A stretch of DNA of 64,000 nucleotides from Candidatus Poribacteria bacterium. Lineage in GTDB: Bacteria > Poribacteria > WGA-4E > WGA-3G. The stretch lies in contig OZ244048.1 of the NCBI GenBank assembly GCA_965215265.1, forward strand, positions 2,816,001 through 2,880,000. The letters run 5' to 3'. Below are positions 9,274 to 19,964 of the stretch, in pieces. The position numbers and the translations under genes are program-made. Numbering within the stretch: the first letter of the stretch is position 1; every line of letters starts with the position of its first letter. The notes under the pieces were generated by a model that did no database searches, was not told where the DNA came from, and saw only the letters and a program-made list of their open reading frames with translations.

Positions 9274-10680
9274 TTATTTCAACCCGGATTGATAGTAAGT
9301 TCTTTCCCGATTTGCATATATGTCATGAGCGTGTAATCTTTCAAATGGAATACTGCCACCTCCTTCGGCGACGAGGAAATGATTTCCATCCACATAGGCG
9401 ATGGCAGGGAGAGGCACCTTTTTCCACCTTAGTACATTCACATTCGCTTTAACGCCTATTGGGGCGAGGTTCTTGAAAGTCGCCGCCCGTTTCAGCCCAA
9501 GCATCGTTGTGCCGCGGTTCGGGTGAAAACCCGTTAATGAAAGCAATTCGCTGATATCGCTTTGAACGTTTAGGAGTTCGCAAACTTTCAGCAGGCTTTG
9601 CGGTCCGCATAGCAGGAGAAGTGCGTCTGTCTCAGTTGGAGGAGACATCCCAGAATCCGGCAGCGTTTTGGGTAGAGGCCCCCGGCGGCGGGGTTGATAA
9701 TAGAAATCTTGGTCAATATCAAAAAAGTTTTCTGGGAACGCCACGTTAAACTGCGCATTTATGATTTCAATACGGAATTCAGCTCGGAGGCTCCCGTCTC
9801 TATAGCGGGAGATTTCACTGACTTTCGGGAACCAGACATCTCCGAACTGTTCAAACTGTTTATAGACGTGACGAGACATAAGGGGCCCGTCTGGACTCTC
9901 TCGGGTTTCGGTTTTGCGTACCCTGAAATGTTTGTCCGAAATCTAGACCCATAAGCGGTGAATGAACTTGTGCTTGCTTGTACATTCAAGGACATGACAA
10001 GGGGTACCGTCTACGGTTTCGTCTCCTATGTATTTCGTTTCCGGCGGGACAGAGATACCGGAGCGGCCTAAGTAGTAAAAATCCCAGAAAGCGAAGTGCT
10101 CCCTACTGGTGCTGAAAAACTGAACTGATTGGCGTGGTGCCGTGGGGTACACGGCATTCCCAATAGTCTGTTTCACCTGTTTTTTAGAGTCGTGGGAGAA
10201 GATGAAAAACGTGCTATTTTGTGAACGTAGTGCGTGCTGGCTGTCAAGTGAGAGCCCTTCTACTTCCTGCTGGGTGAGTTTGTATTGATACAACCGCGGG
10301 GAATTTCTTGAAAGTAGCCGAAAGAGGGAGGTAGCGTGGTAAATTGTTATGTACTCGCGGGAACTGTTCGCTTGAAACTCAAGCAGCGGTTCAAGGTATT
10401 CTTCTTCAAACTCTTTAGGTCCGATGTCAGGAAAAGAGGGATGAGGTTTAAACCTTTCCAATTCTCTTTTTCGTTCTGCTTTTATCCAGTCCTCAATTTC
10501 TTTCTCTGTTTGTCCGAAATAATGTTTGTCGGTAACGAGGGCACGCACTTCGCCGCTCTGAATAGTACGGTTTGCATGATTCAGTCCGCGAATCAGCACG
10601 GCTATGTTGAGTTCTTCGGCAGCGCATAAGGCGCTGAGGCAAGTGAGTGTAAAAAGAAAAACAAAAGTAGGTTTCGACAT
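9274..10680 (-). pseudogene. secreted protein with C-terminal peptidase C39-like domain, interrupted by an in-frame TAG at 9943-9945
   Basis: The two ORFs are in frame (..RLWV*ISDKHFRVRK..); C39-like CGPQSL...GTTMLGL...NHFLV; the tail diverges after the His. Confidence 0.7.
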
Positions 10681-11088
10681 GTGTCTCGTATCTCCTTTGA
10701 AGAAAAATGGTGGTATTCTCCTTATCCCAAATTATACCACTTCAGTGGATTATTATCTATAACCCTCTAAAAATCATCGCGTGTTCCGAATTTTTACGCA
10801 CTTATACTCTTAAGTCTTACAAGTGGGTAAAAACGTATCAAAAAAATGAGGGTTTGCCAAATTAGGTTGATGAAACGGCGATAGTCTGACCCCGGTAGAT
10901 GCGCGAGCGTTTAACCATTGAAAGACTGAGTGGGCATTAAAACACAATTCGGTTGATTGAAATTAGGAACTGTGGTAAATTGATTAGAGAGACATGCAGG
11001 TTTCAATTGCTATTGTAGAATTGAGGCACTGCTTAGAATTTGATTATTATAGTATCAGAAAATACGCTTTCAAAGCAACAACAAAATT

Positions 11089-12693
11089 ATGAACCCTTTA
11101 AATCGTCCGAACATTCTTTGGATCTCTTTAGAAGATACGACACCTCGTTTCGGTTGCTACGGCGATCGGGTCGCGCGCACGCCGAACATTGATCGGCTCG
11201 CTGCAGGGGGGTGCCGGTTTCCGAATGCCTTTTCGACAGCCGGTGTCTGTGCGCCGAGTCGCTCTGCAATTATTACCGGCATGTATCAGACCTCCATCGG
11301 TACGCATCACATGCGAACGACGCATACGAACCAGAATACACCGGAAATGCCAACTCCGTATTCTGCAGTGCCGCCGCCGTATGTCAAAACGTTCACAGAA
11401 TACCTGCGTGGTGTGGGCTACTACTGCACGAATAACAGTAAGACTGATTATCAGTTTACGCCACCGATGACGGCATGGGATGACTGTAGCAATACCGGCC
11501 ATTGGCGGAACCGCGAACCGGGGCAACCGTTCTTTTCCGTCTTTAACCCGACAGTGACGCACGAAAGCGGCATGTGGGAACGAGAAAACAGGGAATTAAC
11601 CACCAATCCTGATGATGTGCAGTTACCGCCCTATCTACCGGACACGCCGAAGGCCCGTGCTGCCTTGGCACGCCACTACGATAACCTCGCCACTGCCGAT
11701 GCCCGTGTCGGAGAACTGTTGGCTCAGCTGGAAGAAGATGGACTCGCCGAAAATACCATCGTTTTCCTATGGAGCGACCATGGTGAAGGACTTCCACGCG
11801 GGAAGCGGTGGCCCTATGATGCCGGCATTCGGATTCCGTTAATTATACGGTGGCCGGGTGAATTGCAAGGCAGCCGTGTGAGTGAACAACTCGTCAGCCT
11901 CATCGATCTTGGGCCCACGGTACTGTCGTTGTGTGGCGTACAAGTACCGCAACATTTACAAGGGCAGCCGTTCCTTGGTCCAGAGGCGAGGGAACGTGAC
12001 TATATCTTCGCGACGCGTGACCGGTACGATGAGTCTTACGATATGGTGCGTGCCGTACGAGACAAACGGTATAAATACATCCGCAATTACTATCCAGAGA
12101 AACCTTATCTCCTCTGGATCCCGTACCGCAACCGGCACCCCGTGATGCAGGAGATGTGGCGGCTGTACGCTGAGGATAAACTGGAGGGGCACCAACGAGT
12201 TATGTTCCAGTCACCACGGCCGGCTGAAGAACTTTATGACATCGAAAAAGACTGGTACGAACTCAATAACTTGGCAGCGGACCCGGGGCATCAAGAAGTA
12301 CTGGAACGGATGCGCCGCACGCTCACACAGTGGCAAACAGAATTCGGCGACATGGGAGATATACCCGAGGCGCAGATGGTGGCACGGTGGTATCCAGATG
12401 GCACACAACCACAAACAGCCGCTCCACTCTTTATTCCGATTCATGCAACTCAGCCAGGCATAGAGGTTGTGGTTAAGGATGGGCGCTGGGAGGGACCGCT
12501 CTTGTTACAACTTCACTGCTCCACACAAGGTGCCTCTATAACCTATACTACAGAGCAGGGCGAAGATGCACATTGGAGATTATACACGGAACCTTTGCAG
12601 CTACCGACAGGGAAAACCCCCGTGCGTGCTAAAGCGATTCGCATCGGCTACCGGGACAGTGAAGAAAAAATGTTGACCTTCGATGTCTTGTAG
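11089..12693 (+). CDS. sulfatase with C-terminal Fn3-associated/chitobiase-like domain
   Basis: NILWISLED, CAPSR, SDHG; tail STQGASITYT...VRAKAIRIGY. Confidence 0.9.
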   Translation: MNPLNRPNILWISLEDTTPRFGCYGDRVARTPNIDRLAAGGCRFPNAFSTAGVCAPSRSAIITGMYQTSIGTHHMRTTHTNQNTPEMPTPYSAVPPPYVKTFTEYLRGVGYYCTNNSKTDYQFTPPMTAWDDCSNTGHWRNREPGQPFFSVFNPTVTHESGMWERENRELTTNPDDVQLPPYLPDTPKARAALARHYDNLATADARVGELLAQLEEDGLAENTIVFLWSDHGEGLPRGKRWPYDAGIRIPLIIRWPGELQGSRVSEQLVSLIDLGPTVLSLCGVQVPQHLQGQPFLGPEARERDYIFATRDRYDESYDMVRAVRDKRYKYIRNYYPEKPYLLWIPYRNRHPVMQEMWRLYAEDKLEGHQRVMFQSPRPAEELYDIEKDWYELNNLAADPGHQEVLERMRRTLTQWQTEFGDMGDIPEAQMVARWYPDGTQPQTAAPLFIPIHATQPGIEVVVKDGRWEGPLLLQLHCSTQGASITYTTEQGEDAHWRLYTEPLQLPTGKTPVRAKAIRIGYRDSEEKMLTFDVL

Positions 12694-12763
12694 CGCCGAA
12701 GTTCACAAGATATTAATAACTACCCGAGAAATCTCGAATTCCCTCAAACAGGAGGACAATTAG

Positions 12764-13849
12764 ATGGCTCAAGATTATTTTGTTTATATTGGCACTTATA
12801 CACATGGTGAAAGCGAAGGGATTTACGTCTACCGTTTAGATGGTGCGAGTGGCGAATTAGAATATTCCAGCAAGATAATAGGTGTGGAAAACCCTTCCTT
12901 CTTAGAAATTCATCCGAGTGGGCGTTACCTCTATACAGTTAACGAGTTAAACGAATTTGAAGGCAAATCGAGCGGTGCTGTGACAGCGTTTTACATTCAT
13001 AAAGAGACAGGTGAGCTCAGTTTCCTCAACCAACGCGCGAGCGGCGGTGGTGCGCCGTGCCATCTCAGTGCCGATGCAACCGGCAAATCTCTGCTCGTGG
13101 CAAATTACGGCGGAGGAAGTGTTTCTGCGTTCCCCATCGGATCAGATGGTAGACTTGGTGAAGCTTCGGACTTTGTTCAGCATCAAGGTTCAAGCGTTAA
13201 CCTACAACGCCAGCGAGAGCCACACGCACACGCGATTATGATTGACGCAGGCAACCGTTATGCGTTTGCTCCCGACCTTGGTTTGGATAGAATCTTAATT
13301 TACGAGTTAGATAGTGAGAATGGGAAACTCGTTCCGAACAGCCAACCGTGGGTTCGCGTTCATCCAGGGGCAGGACCGCGCCACTTCGATTTCCATCCGA
13401 ATGGCAAACATGCGTACGTGATTAACGAGCTGGACTCAACCTTCACCGCCTTTAGGTATGATGCAGATATTGGAACGCTCACTGAAATCCAGACGCTATC
13501 GACGCTTCCAGATGACTTTGAAGGCACTAGCCACTGTGCAGATGTGCACGTTCATCCTTCTGGGAGATTTCTCTACGGCTCAAACCGTGGGCATGATAGC
13601 ATTGCAATCTGCACGATTGATGAAGGAACCGGGATGCTAAACGCGATCGGCTACGAATCGACACAAGGCAAAACCCCCCGTAACTTTGGCCTGAATCCGG
13701 AAGGCAAGTTCCTCTTCGCCGCCAACCAACAGACAGATACGGTTGTCACCTTTGCCATTAACACAGAGAGCGGGGAGCTCACGGCAACGGGGCATATCAC
13801 AGAAGTGCCGACTCCGGTCTGTTTGAAATTCTTAGCGTGTGATTCGTAG
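12764..13849 (+). CDS. pgl: 6-phosphogluconolactonase-like beta-propeller lactonase
   Basis: VYIGTYT, ANYGGG, PHAH, GAGPRH, SNRGHDSIA, PRNF. Confidence 0.85.
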   Translation: MAQDYFVYIGTYTHGESEGIYVYRLDGASGELEYSSKIIGVENPSFLEIHPSGRYLYTVNELNEFEGKSSGAVTAFYIHKETGELSFLNQRASGGGAPCHLSADATGKSLLVANYGGGSVSAFPIGSDGRLGEASDFVQHQGSSVNLQRQREPHAHAIMIDAGNRYAFAPDLGLDRILIYELDSENGKLVPNSQPWVRVHPGAGPRHFDFHPNGKHAYVINELDSTFTAFRYDADIGTLTEIQTLSTLPDDFEGTSHCADVHVHPSGRFLYGSNRGHDSIAICTIDEGTGMLNAIGYESTQGKTPRNFGLNPEGKFLFAANQQTDTVVTFAINTESGELTATGHITEVPTPVCLKFLACDS

Positions 13850-13860
13850 TGATTTATCTG

Positions 13861-15459
13861 CTATTGCCGCTGCTGTCTCCGTTTCTCTTGCAGCTCATCC
13901 CAGGGGTAGATGAAACACCGTTCGGCCCAGTCTTGGTAAAGTGCAATAAGTTGTTTTAATTTCTGTGGATGCTGGGCGGCGAGGTTATTAATCTCTGTCC
14001 GCTCTGCCTCTATATCGTAGAGCTCCCAATCCCCAGGGTATCTACAGACGAGTTTCCACTGCGCTTGTCGAACAGCACAGTTGCCCTCGTGCTCCCAATA
14101 AAGTGCCTCTTTACCGTTGTCTTTTGCATCAAAAATTGGGGTTAAACTCGTTCCCTCTAGCGGCAAAATCGGGTTTCCGTTGTGTTCTTCAGGATAAGAT
14201 GCGCCGGAAACGTCAAGGCATGTCGCCATGATATCCGGAAGTTGTCCGGGTTGATGTCGGAGTTCTCCGGTGGCTTTGATGGCTGCTGGCCAGTGTGCGA
14301 TGAGCGGGGTAGCGATGCCGCCTTCGTGGACCCAATGCTTATACTCGCGGAAGGGCGTATTAGACAGATTCGCCCAGGGTACACCGTAACTCTGATAGGT
14401 AGTTTCGGGCCCGGGCATAATGCTTGGGTCGTTGCCACGGTAGACAGGCTTTCCATCAGAGGTTGTTTGTGTGCTGATCAGCGAACCTGCGTCGCGTCGG
14501 GCGGGCGGTCCGCCGAGTTCCTCTGCACAACCCCCGTTATCGGCTAAAAACAGAATGAGCGTGTTGTCAAGCTGCCCAGTTTGTTCAAGAGTGTTGATAA
14601 TACGTCCAATGCCTGCATCCATGCGTGTGATTTGCGCGGAGTAAACTTCCATTCGGCGTTGATTCCACGTTTTGTACTGCGCCTCGGTCCACGGCGGTTG
14701 AGATGTGTCGCGAGGTGTCAATTGCCATGCCTGGTCTAGAATTTTCATTTCGCGCATGCGTGAGAGCCGCTCTTCGCGCAGTTCATCCCACCCGGTGGCA
14801 AACCGTCCGTGGTATCGGGCGATGTCCTCCTCATGAGCGTGCAGTGGCCAATGCGGTGCCGTATAAGCCACATAGGTGAAAAACGGATCTTCCGTTTTTT
14901 TCTCCGTATGTTGCCGAATAAACGTCGAGGCTTCGTCACTGATAGCATCGGTTAGGAAATATCCGTCAGGGAGTTCATCGTTCTGGATACGTATGTTATC
15001 GCGTGTTAAGGTATGCGGCTTCCAAAAATTCGCGGCCCCTGTGATAATGCCGTAGTACCGGTCAAAACCGCGTTGGCATGGCCAACTGTGCTTCGGGCCA
15101 TCTGGGCCGGTATGTCGTGAGATATGCCACTTACCGCTCATGTAGGTGCCGCAGCCTTCTGCACGTAGTACATCTGCAATAGTAATACATCGGTGGTTCA
15201 AGTCGCCGCGGTAGCCTTCCAAACCGTCGTCGCTCATCATGTGGCCGACACCGGTTTGATGTGGATGGAGTCCGGTGAGCAGAGATGCCCGGGATGGGCA
15301 GCACCGAGCGGTATTGTAAAACTGGGTGAACCGCAACCCCCCTGCAGCGAGCCGGTCAAGATGCGGTGTATGAACTTCGCCGCCATAACACCCTAAGTCG
15401 GAGAAACCCATATCGTCATTGAGAATAAGCAGGATGTTAGGTTTTCTATTTTCAGTCAT
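13861..15459 (-). CDS. arylsulfatase (Cys-type)
   Basis: DDMGFSDLGCYG, CCPSR, GKWH, SNTPFREYK. Confidence 0.92.
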   Translation of the reverse strand: MTENRKPNILLILNDDMGFSDLGCYGGEVHTPHLDRLAAGGLRFTQFYNTARCCPSRASLLTGLHPHQTGVGHMMSDDGLEGYRGDLNHRCITIADVLRAEGCGTYMSGKWHISRHTGPDGPKHSWPCQRGFDRYYGIITGAANFWKPHTLTRDNIRIQNDELPDGYFLTDAISDEASTFIRQHTEKKTEDPFFTYVAYTAPHWPLHAHEEDIARYHGRFATGWDELREERLSRMREMKILDQAWQLTPRDTSQPPWTEAQYKTWNQRRMEVYSAQITRMDAGIGRIINTLEQTGQLDNTLILFLADNGGCAEELGGPPARRDAGSLISTQTTSDGKPVYRGNDPSIMPGPETTYQSYGVPWANLSNTPFREYKHWVHEGGIATPLIAHWPAAIKATGELRHQPGQLPDIMATCLDVSGASYPEEHNGNPILPLEGTSLTPIFDAKDNGKEALYWEHEGNCAVRQAQWKLVCRYPGDWELYDIEAERTEINNLAAQHPQKLKQLIALYQDWAERCFIYPWDELQEKRRQQRQ

Positions 15460-15723
15460 AATTAGAAATTTGCTCCTCTGATTGGGGATATAGTGAATTA
15501 GAAAAATACAACTCGCGAGCCCGGTTTAGTGAGCGCACTGCTCACGAAAGATGCATTGCCGGCGGACAGCGCCCACCTCCAAGTTCTGGCGACCAGGCCC
15601 TGTGGTGCGGCAGAGGCATAGGGATGCTTTGCCTGCTCTTACCGGTGCCGCTGCCTCTGAAAGCATGGTACGCGAACGGATAGCATGTATGTATCGATAA
15701 TTCTACAAACCACTATAAAGGAA

Positions 15724-15805
15724 ATTATACACGAAATTCGCCCTATGTCAACTGTTTTTTGTTGAAAAAATTCATCTTGCGTTAGGAAAAATTTTATGTT
15801 ATAAT
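15724..15805. promoter_or_regulatory. divergent sigma70-type promoters
   Basis: Minus strand TTGACA-N16-TATAAT (15751-15724); plus strand TTGCGT-N17-TATAAT. Confidence 0.6.
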
Positions 15806-15844
15806 CTGAAAATGTAAAGAAATAATTAATTAGAGGTAAAGGTT

Positions 15845-16447
15845 ATGATACCGAATTTGATTACACTTTTTCGCCTCGTTTTAGTGTTCGTTGTGATTGC
15901 GCTCTTTGGCAAACACGTCTATTTAGACATTTGCCTTGTTGCAACAATCGGGTTGATTCTGTTCCTCGATGCGGTTGACGGTTATGTCGCGAGGAAACTC
16001 AATCAGACATCGGATTTCGGTGCCCTCTTCGATATCGTGGGTGATAGGATAGTCGAATGTATTTTCTGGGTTTATTTCGCCGTTGTTGGGCTGATTCCGT
16101 TCTGGATTCCGGTTATTGTGATTGCCCGTGGATTTTTTACAGACGGACTGCGCAGTGTGGCATTTGCCAATGGAAAAACGGCATTCGGTGAAAAGAGTAT
16201 GATGTCCTCCGCGTGGACACGCGCGCTGACGAGTTCCCGTGCGAGCCGGAGCATCTATGGTATCTCGAAAACCGTTGCTTTTATCTATCTAGGCGGGATA
16301 ATTACGTTCAAAAATTTCGGTGCCTATCCGGAATTAGTTGTCGGCTTAGAACTGGCAGGTGTGATTATTTCTGCTATCGCAGTTGCGATGTGTTTAATTC
16401 GCGGGCTCCCTGTTCTGGTTGATGGCTGGAAATACGTCAAGGGGTAA
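15845..16447 (+). CDS. CDP-alcohol phosphatidyltransferase
   Basis: PNLITLFR, DAVDGYVAR...GALFDIVGD signature. Confidence 0.9.
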   Translation: MIPNLITLFRLVLVFVVIALFGKHVYLDICLVATIGLILFLDAVDGYVARKLNQTSDFGALFDIVGDRIVECIFWVYFAVVGLIPFWIPVIVIARGFFTDGLRSVAFANGKTAFGEKSMMSSAWTRALTSSRASRSIYGISKTVAFIYLGGIITFKNFGAYPELVVGLELAGVIISAIAVAMCLIRGLPVLVDGWKYVKG

Positions 16448-16602
16448 AACAGTATAGAGATTGGGGAATTGTTCTGTTCGGACGGCGCTCGGATAGGGCG
16501 TTGATACTGATGCAGACTCTGCTGGACCAAAAAGGCTGAGGTAGACAATTTTCCGTTTTCCGTAGTGTGCCATCCTAAGCAATTTGGGCTAACTCTTCTT
16601 TT

Positions 16603-19314
16603 CTACATTCGCGGCCGCGGATTTAGGAGTAAACGGCTCCGGTCTTCGCTCGCGAGTTGTGTAAAGAAACGCCGCGCTGCTGCGTACGCCGCTGCTGGAA
16701 TCGTCCGAGTTTTTAACGTAAACGTGAGGCGGTACGTAACAGTTCTTTCAATCTGTCGGTACTCCCGGACGAGTTCGGCGAAATCCGTAACGTGATGAAT
16801 ATCTAAGGGGAGAGCGGCTGTCCAACCTTCCGGCAAGTGTATCCGAATCTCTTTCTCAAGTTGCGTCGGGTAACCAAAGTCAAGCGAATGGGTGCGTTGG
16901 GGTGCAGCAACTGTTTGAGCGTATTCAGCGAATTCATCAATGGGTAACGGGAGAAGCATCTGATTTTCGAAGGCTGTGGCGTAATTCTGAGCCTGAAAAC
17001 CGAGTTCAATCGTCACCGGTAGGTTGAGGTTTCCGAGGTCGGAAATGTCGCACCACTCTATCTGGATCCCGGGAAATTGCTGGCTGAGTTCAGTGGCCAG
17101 AGTTACCTTTAATTGTTCTGACGGTACTTGTTGGTATGTCCAACGTGCATTGAGATTGTATTGCCCGAGTGTCTCAATACGGATTTTCCCTTCAACGTCT
17201 CCGTTTTCCTTTAACCAAAATTCCGTGTGAGTGATGAGGCGATTGGCTGCTGCAGGAAAGATGGGTATCTCCACAAACTCTCCACGTTCATCACCGATGA
17301 GAAACCCTGTTCTGCCTTGGTCGCTATACGGTAAATCCCCATAACTACAAGTTTGAGAAGTTGCATCCAACCATATATAGCGGTTATCGCCGTCCGGAAC
17401 TGCTGCGAGCATGTGGCTAAACTGATTGAGAGATGGGAGTTCTGTATCGATGCGTTCATAAGGCGCGGGGTTAATCAGCACAGGATATGCAGGAATCCCG
17501 ACCAGTTCAAGCATTGAAATGAGGAGTGTGGTTTTATCTTTACAATCGCCGTACTGGTTGCGAAATACCTCTACTGCCGGGGTAGGCTGATAAGCGCTCT
17601 GCCCTAATTCGATTCCGACGTAACGGATGCGCGAGGCGACAAAATCGTAGATTGCCCGAATTTTATCCGTTTTTGTTGTCATAAACTTTGTGAGCTCAAG
17701 GACGGCTGCCTCAATTTTGGCATCAGGGGCATACTGTTTTGCAGCAAGTTGTTTGTACCACAGATAGACATCGTTCCATGAAGGTATAGAGGAATAAGTT
17801 AACCGAGGGGCAATATCGTTGATGGCGGGCATCCCATCTTCAACTACCAATGCCGGTGTTTCCCCATACTGCCATCGGTAGATAAGATTGCCATTTTCGT
17901 CGGAACTGATATCTGGTTCTATTTTAAAATTATCTGTCTTCCATTGGAGCGTCCAATCTGGTGGGATGCGGAGCGCGTACTGCGTCTGTAGCGTCACCTC
18001 TGTAGACTGAAAATTGAATCCTCCTGTTACCCATGTCTCTGCGCCTGGTGCGTGTTCAGTCTTGTCTTCCAATGTTACCTGGTACTCAATGCAGACTCCG
18101 GGCGTGAGCGCGACCATGGAGATGACATGCCACATTGCATCAGAATAGAGATTTTGGGCTAGCAAACCGGGTGGGGTTACATCGTTGAACGCTTCCTCGG
18201 GCGGCTGATGTACCGTGCCTTCCATATCAATTGTCCGTGCGATATTTACTTGTATATTCTGCGTTTTCGGCTGGTAGGGGATAGCAATATCATTGTATTT
18301 TTCAATACCGTGCGCCGTCAAAAGTTTAACGACTTGATGCGTGGTGTAGCGTGACTGTCCAGTTGGCAAAACATCATGGCTGAAGTGGTTGAACAATATC
18401 AGCGCGTCAACCCCCGGATACGTCTCAGCATCCGGTGCATTCGTTATGTGTGCATCAGCATCCACACTTAACAGGTTGACAGGCGGCAGCTTGATTATTG
18501 AAACGGGCTTGAGATCCATCTGCGCCAATGCCTGCAGCCGTGTCCTTGCAAATAGATTATCTGGCGCGACCTTCAAGAGCTCCTGATATTGAAGTTGTGC
18601 TTCATAGTAACGCTGCCGGTCTTCGTAGAGCGATGCGAGCTGCTGTCGTGCCCAAACATCGTTTGGAAATAATCGAATCGATTCTCTCAATTCGGCAACC
18701 GCTTCACCGACTTCTCCTTTTTCCAGATAGATTAATCCCAAGTAGTTGTGCAAATTCTGGCTTTCGGGCCGTTGACACTTCAGGTCAAGGGCTAACGCCT
18801 TCCGGAGAACTACCACCGCTTCATCAAGCCGTTGGAGTTGCTTGTAAGCCAACCCGAGATGATTCAAGGCATAGAGATTGTCCTTGGCAATAGTGAGAAC
18901 ATGCTCGTAGTATTGCGCGGCAGCGTGATAATCGTTGAGCTTTTCAGAGATATATCCAACGTAGTTAAGCACGTTCACACTGTTTGGTTCAAGTGCTAAA
19001 AACGCCAGGAACGCGTCGCGCGCCTTTTCATACTCGGAGAGTTGGAAGTAAATCTCTGCTATTTTCTGCTGTGTGCTGCTTACATCTGGACGTACAGCGA
19101 CCGCGGCTTGGTACGCTAAGAGTGCCTCTGGCAAATTCCCACGTCGGAGCTCCGAATTACCTTGTTCAACATGTTCGCGCCACTGTTGATTCCGTTCAAC
19201 CAACGGATCCACTATCGGTTGAGGCGGAGCCTCTGTTTTCGAAAACCAGGTACATCCACTGAGAACAACAAACAAGCAGAGGGACAAAAATGTATGATTT
19301 TTGTGATAAGCCAT
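16603..19314 (-). CDS. lipoprotein with TPR repeats, DUF3857, transglutaminase-like and DUF3858-like domains
   Basis: LSGC lipobox, TPR helices, IRYVG..GDCKD, FSH and WLDAT (Cys-His-Asp triad). Confidence 0.85.
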   Translation of the reverse strand: MAYHKNHTFLSLCLFVVLSGCTWFSKTEAPPQPIVDPLVERNQQWREHVEQGNSELRRGNLPEALLAYQAAVAVRPDVSSTQQKIAEIYFQLSEYEKARDAFLAFLALEPNSVNVLNYVGYISEKLNDYHAAAQYYEHVLTIAKDNLYALNHLGLAYKQLQRLDEAVVVLRKALALDLKCQRPESQNLHNYLGLIYLEKGEVGEAVAELRESIRLFPNDVWARQQLASLYEDRQRYYEAQLQYQELLKVAPDNLFARTRLQALAQMDLKPVSIIKLPPVNLLSVDADAHITNAPDAETYPGVDALILFNHFSHDVLPTGQSRYTTHQVVKLLTAHGIEKYNDIAIPYQPKTQNIQVNIARTIDMEGTVHQPPEEAFNDVTPPGLLAQNLYSDAMWHVISMVALTPGVCIEYQVTLEDKTEHAPGAETWVTGGFNFQSTEVTLQTQYALRIPPDWTLQWKTDNFKIEPDISSDENGNLIYRWQYGETPALVVEDGMPAINDIAPRLTYSSIPSWNDVYLWYKQLAAKQYAPDAKIEAAVLELTKFMTTKTDKIRAIYDFVASRIRYVGIELGQSAYQPTPAVEVFRNQYGDCKDKTTLLISMLELVGIPAYPVLINPAPYERIDTELPSLNQFSHMLAAVPDGDNRYIWLDATSQTCSYGDLPYSDQGRTGFLIGDERGEFVEIPIFPAAANRLITHTEFWLKENGDVEGKIRIETLGQYNLNARWTYQQVPSEQLKVTLATELSQQFPGIQIEWCDISDLGNLNLPVTIELGFQAQNYATAFENQMLLPLPIDEFAEYAQTVAAPQRTHSLDFGYPTQLEKEIRIHLPEGWTAALPLDIHHVTDFAELVREYRQIERTVTYRLTFTLKTRTIPAAAYAAARRFFTQLASEDRSRLLLNPRPRM

Positions 19315-19316
19315 GG

Positions 19317-19664
19317 CTACGTTCCGTGATTTTCTGACAACTTTAGGTTTTCTCGATGACGTTCTGTATCGCGCTTCGTTTTTTTCTGGAGTGACTTTCT
19401 GAAAGCGTCTTGCAGGTCAACTCCAGTTTGATTCGCTAAACAGATTAGCACGAAGAGAACGTCTGCGATTTCTTCAGCGAGGTTCAAGTCACGTTCATTT
19501 TCCTTGAAACTCTGTTCACCGTATTGCCGCGCGATTATCCGTGCTAATTCCCCAACTTCTTCCATCAGGATTGCTGTATTCGTTAATTCAGAAAAATAGC
19601 GGATGCCGACGGTATCAATCCAGTCATCAACCAGTTTCTGGCAATTTTCGAGTGTATACTCCAT
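19317..19664 (-). CDS. MazG-like nucleotide pyrophosphohydrolase (YpjD family)
   Basis: LMEEVGELAR...YGEQSFK...EEIADVLFVL. Confidence 0.88.
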   Translation of the reverse strand: MEYTLENCQKLVDDWIDTVGIRYFSELTNTAILMEEVGELARIIARQYGEQSFKENERDLNLAEEIADVLFVLICLANQTGVDLQDAFRKSLQKKTKRDTERHRENLKLSENHGT

Positions 19665-19964
19665 GATATTCTCCACTTCGTACGTATTGAATTTATCGGA
19701 TTTGGCAATATAGGGTGCCGCTTGCAGAGCGATGTAGCATATTCTAACAATATTTCGTGAGAAAGTCAACCGTTTTCGTTGGAAAATGACAGTTTTCAGG
19801 ATTAAAGCTGATTTTTACGTAACTGTTGTGATATAATATACACGGTGCCGGCACGTCAAAAACAGTGGGCCCGTTCAGAATGAAATTGGAAAATACCTTG
19901 ACTTTTAGGCAATGTATGTATATAATTTATATGATTTCTATTTCAAATAAAGGAGCGTCAGCAG

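Noticed and set aside
9943-9945. Pyrrolysine or other programmed amber readthrough
   Set aside because: No pyl genes in the window, TAG ends many intact genes here, and the gene also looks truncated.
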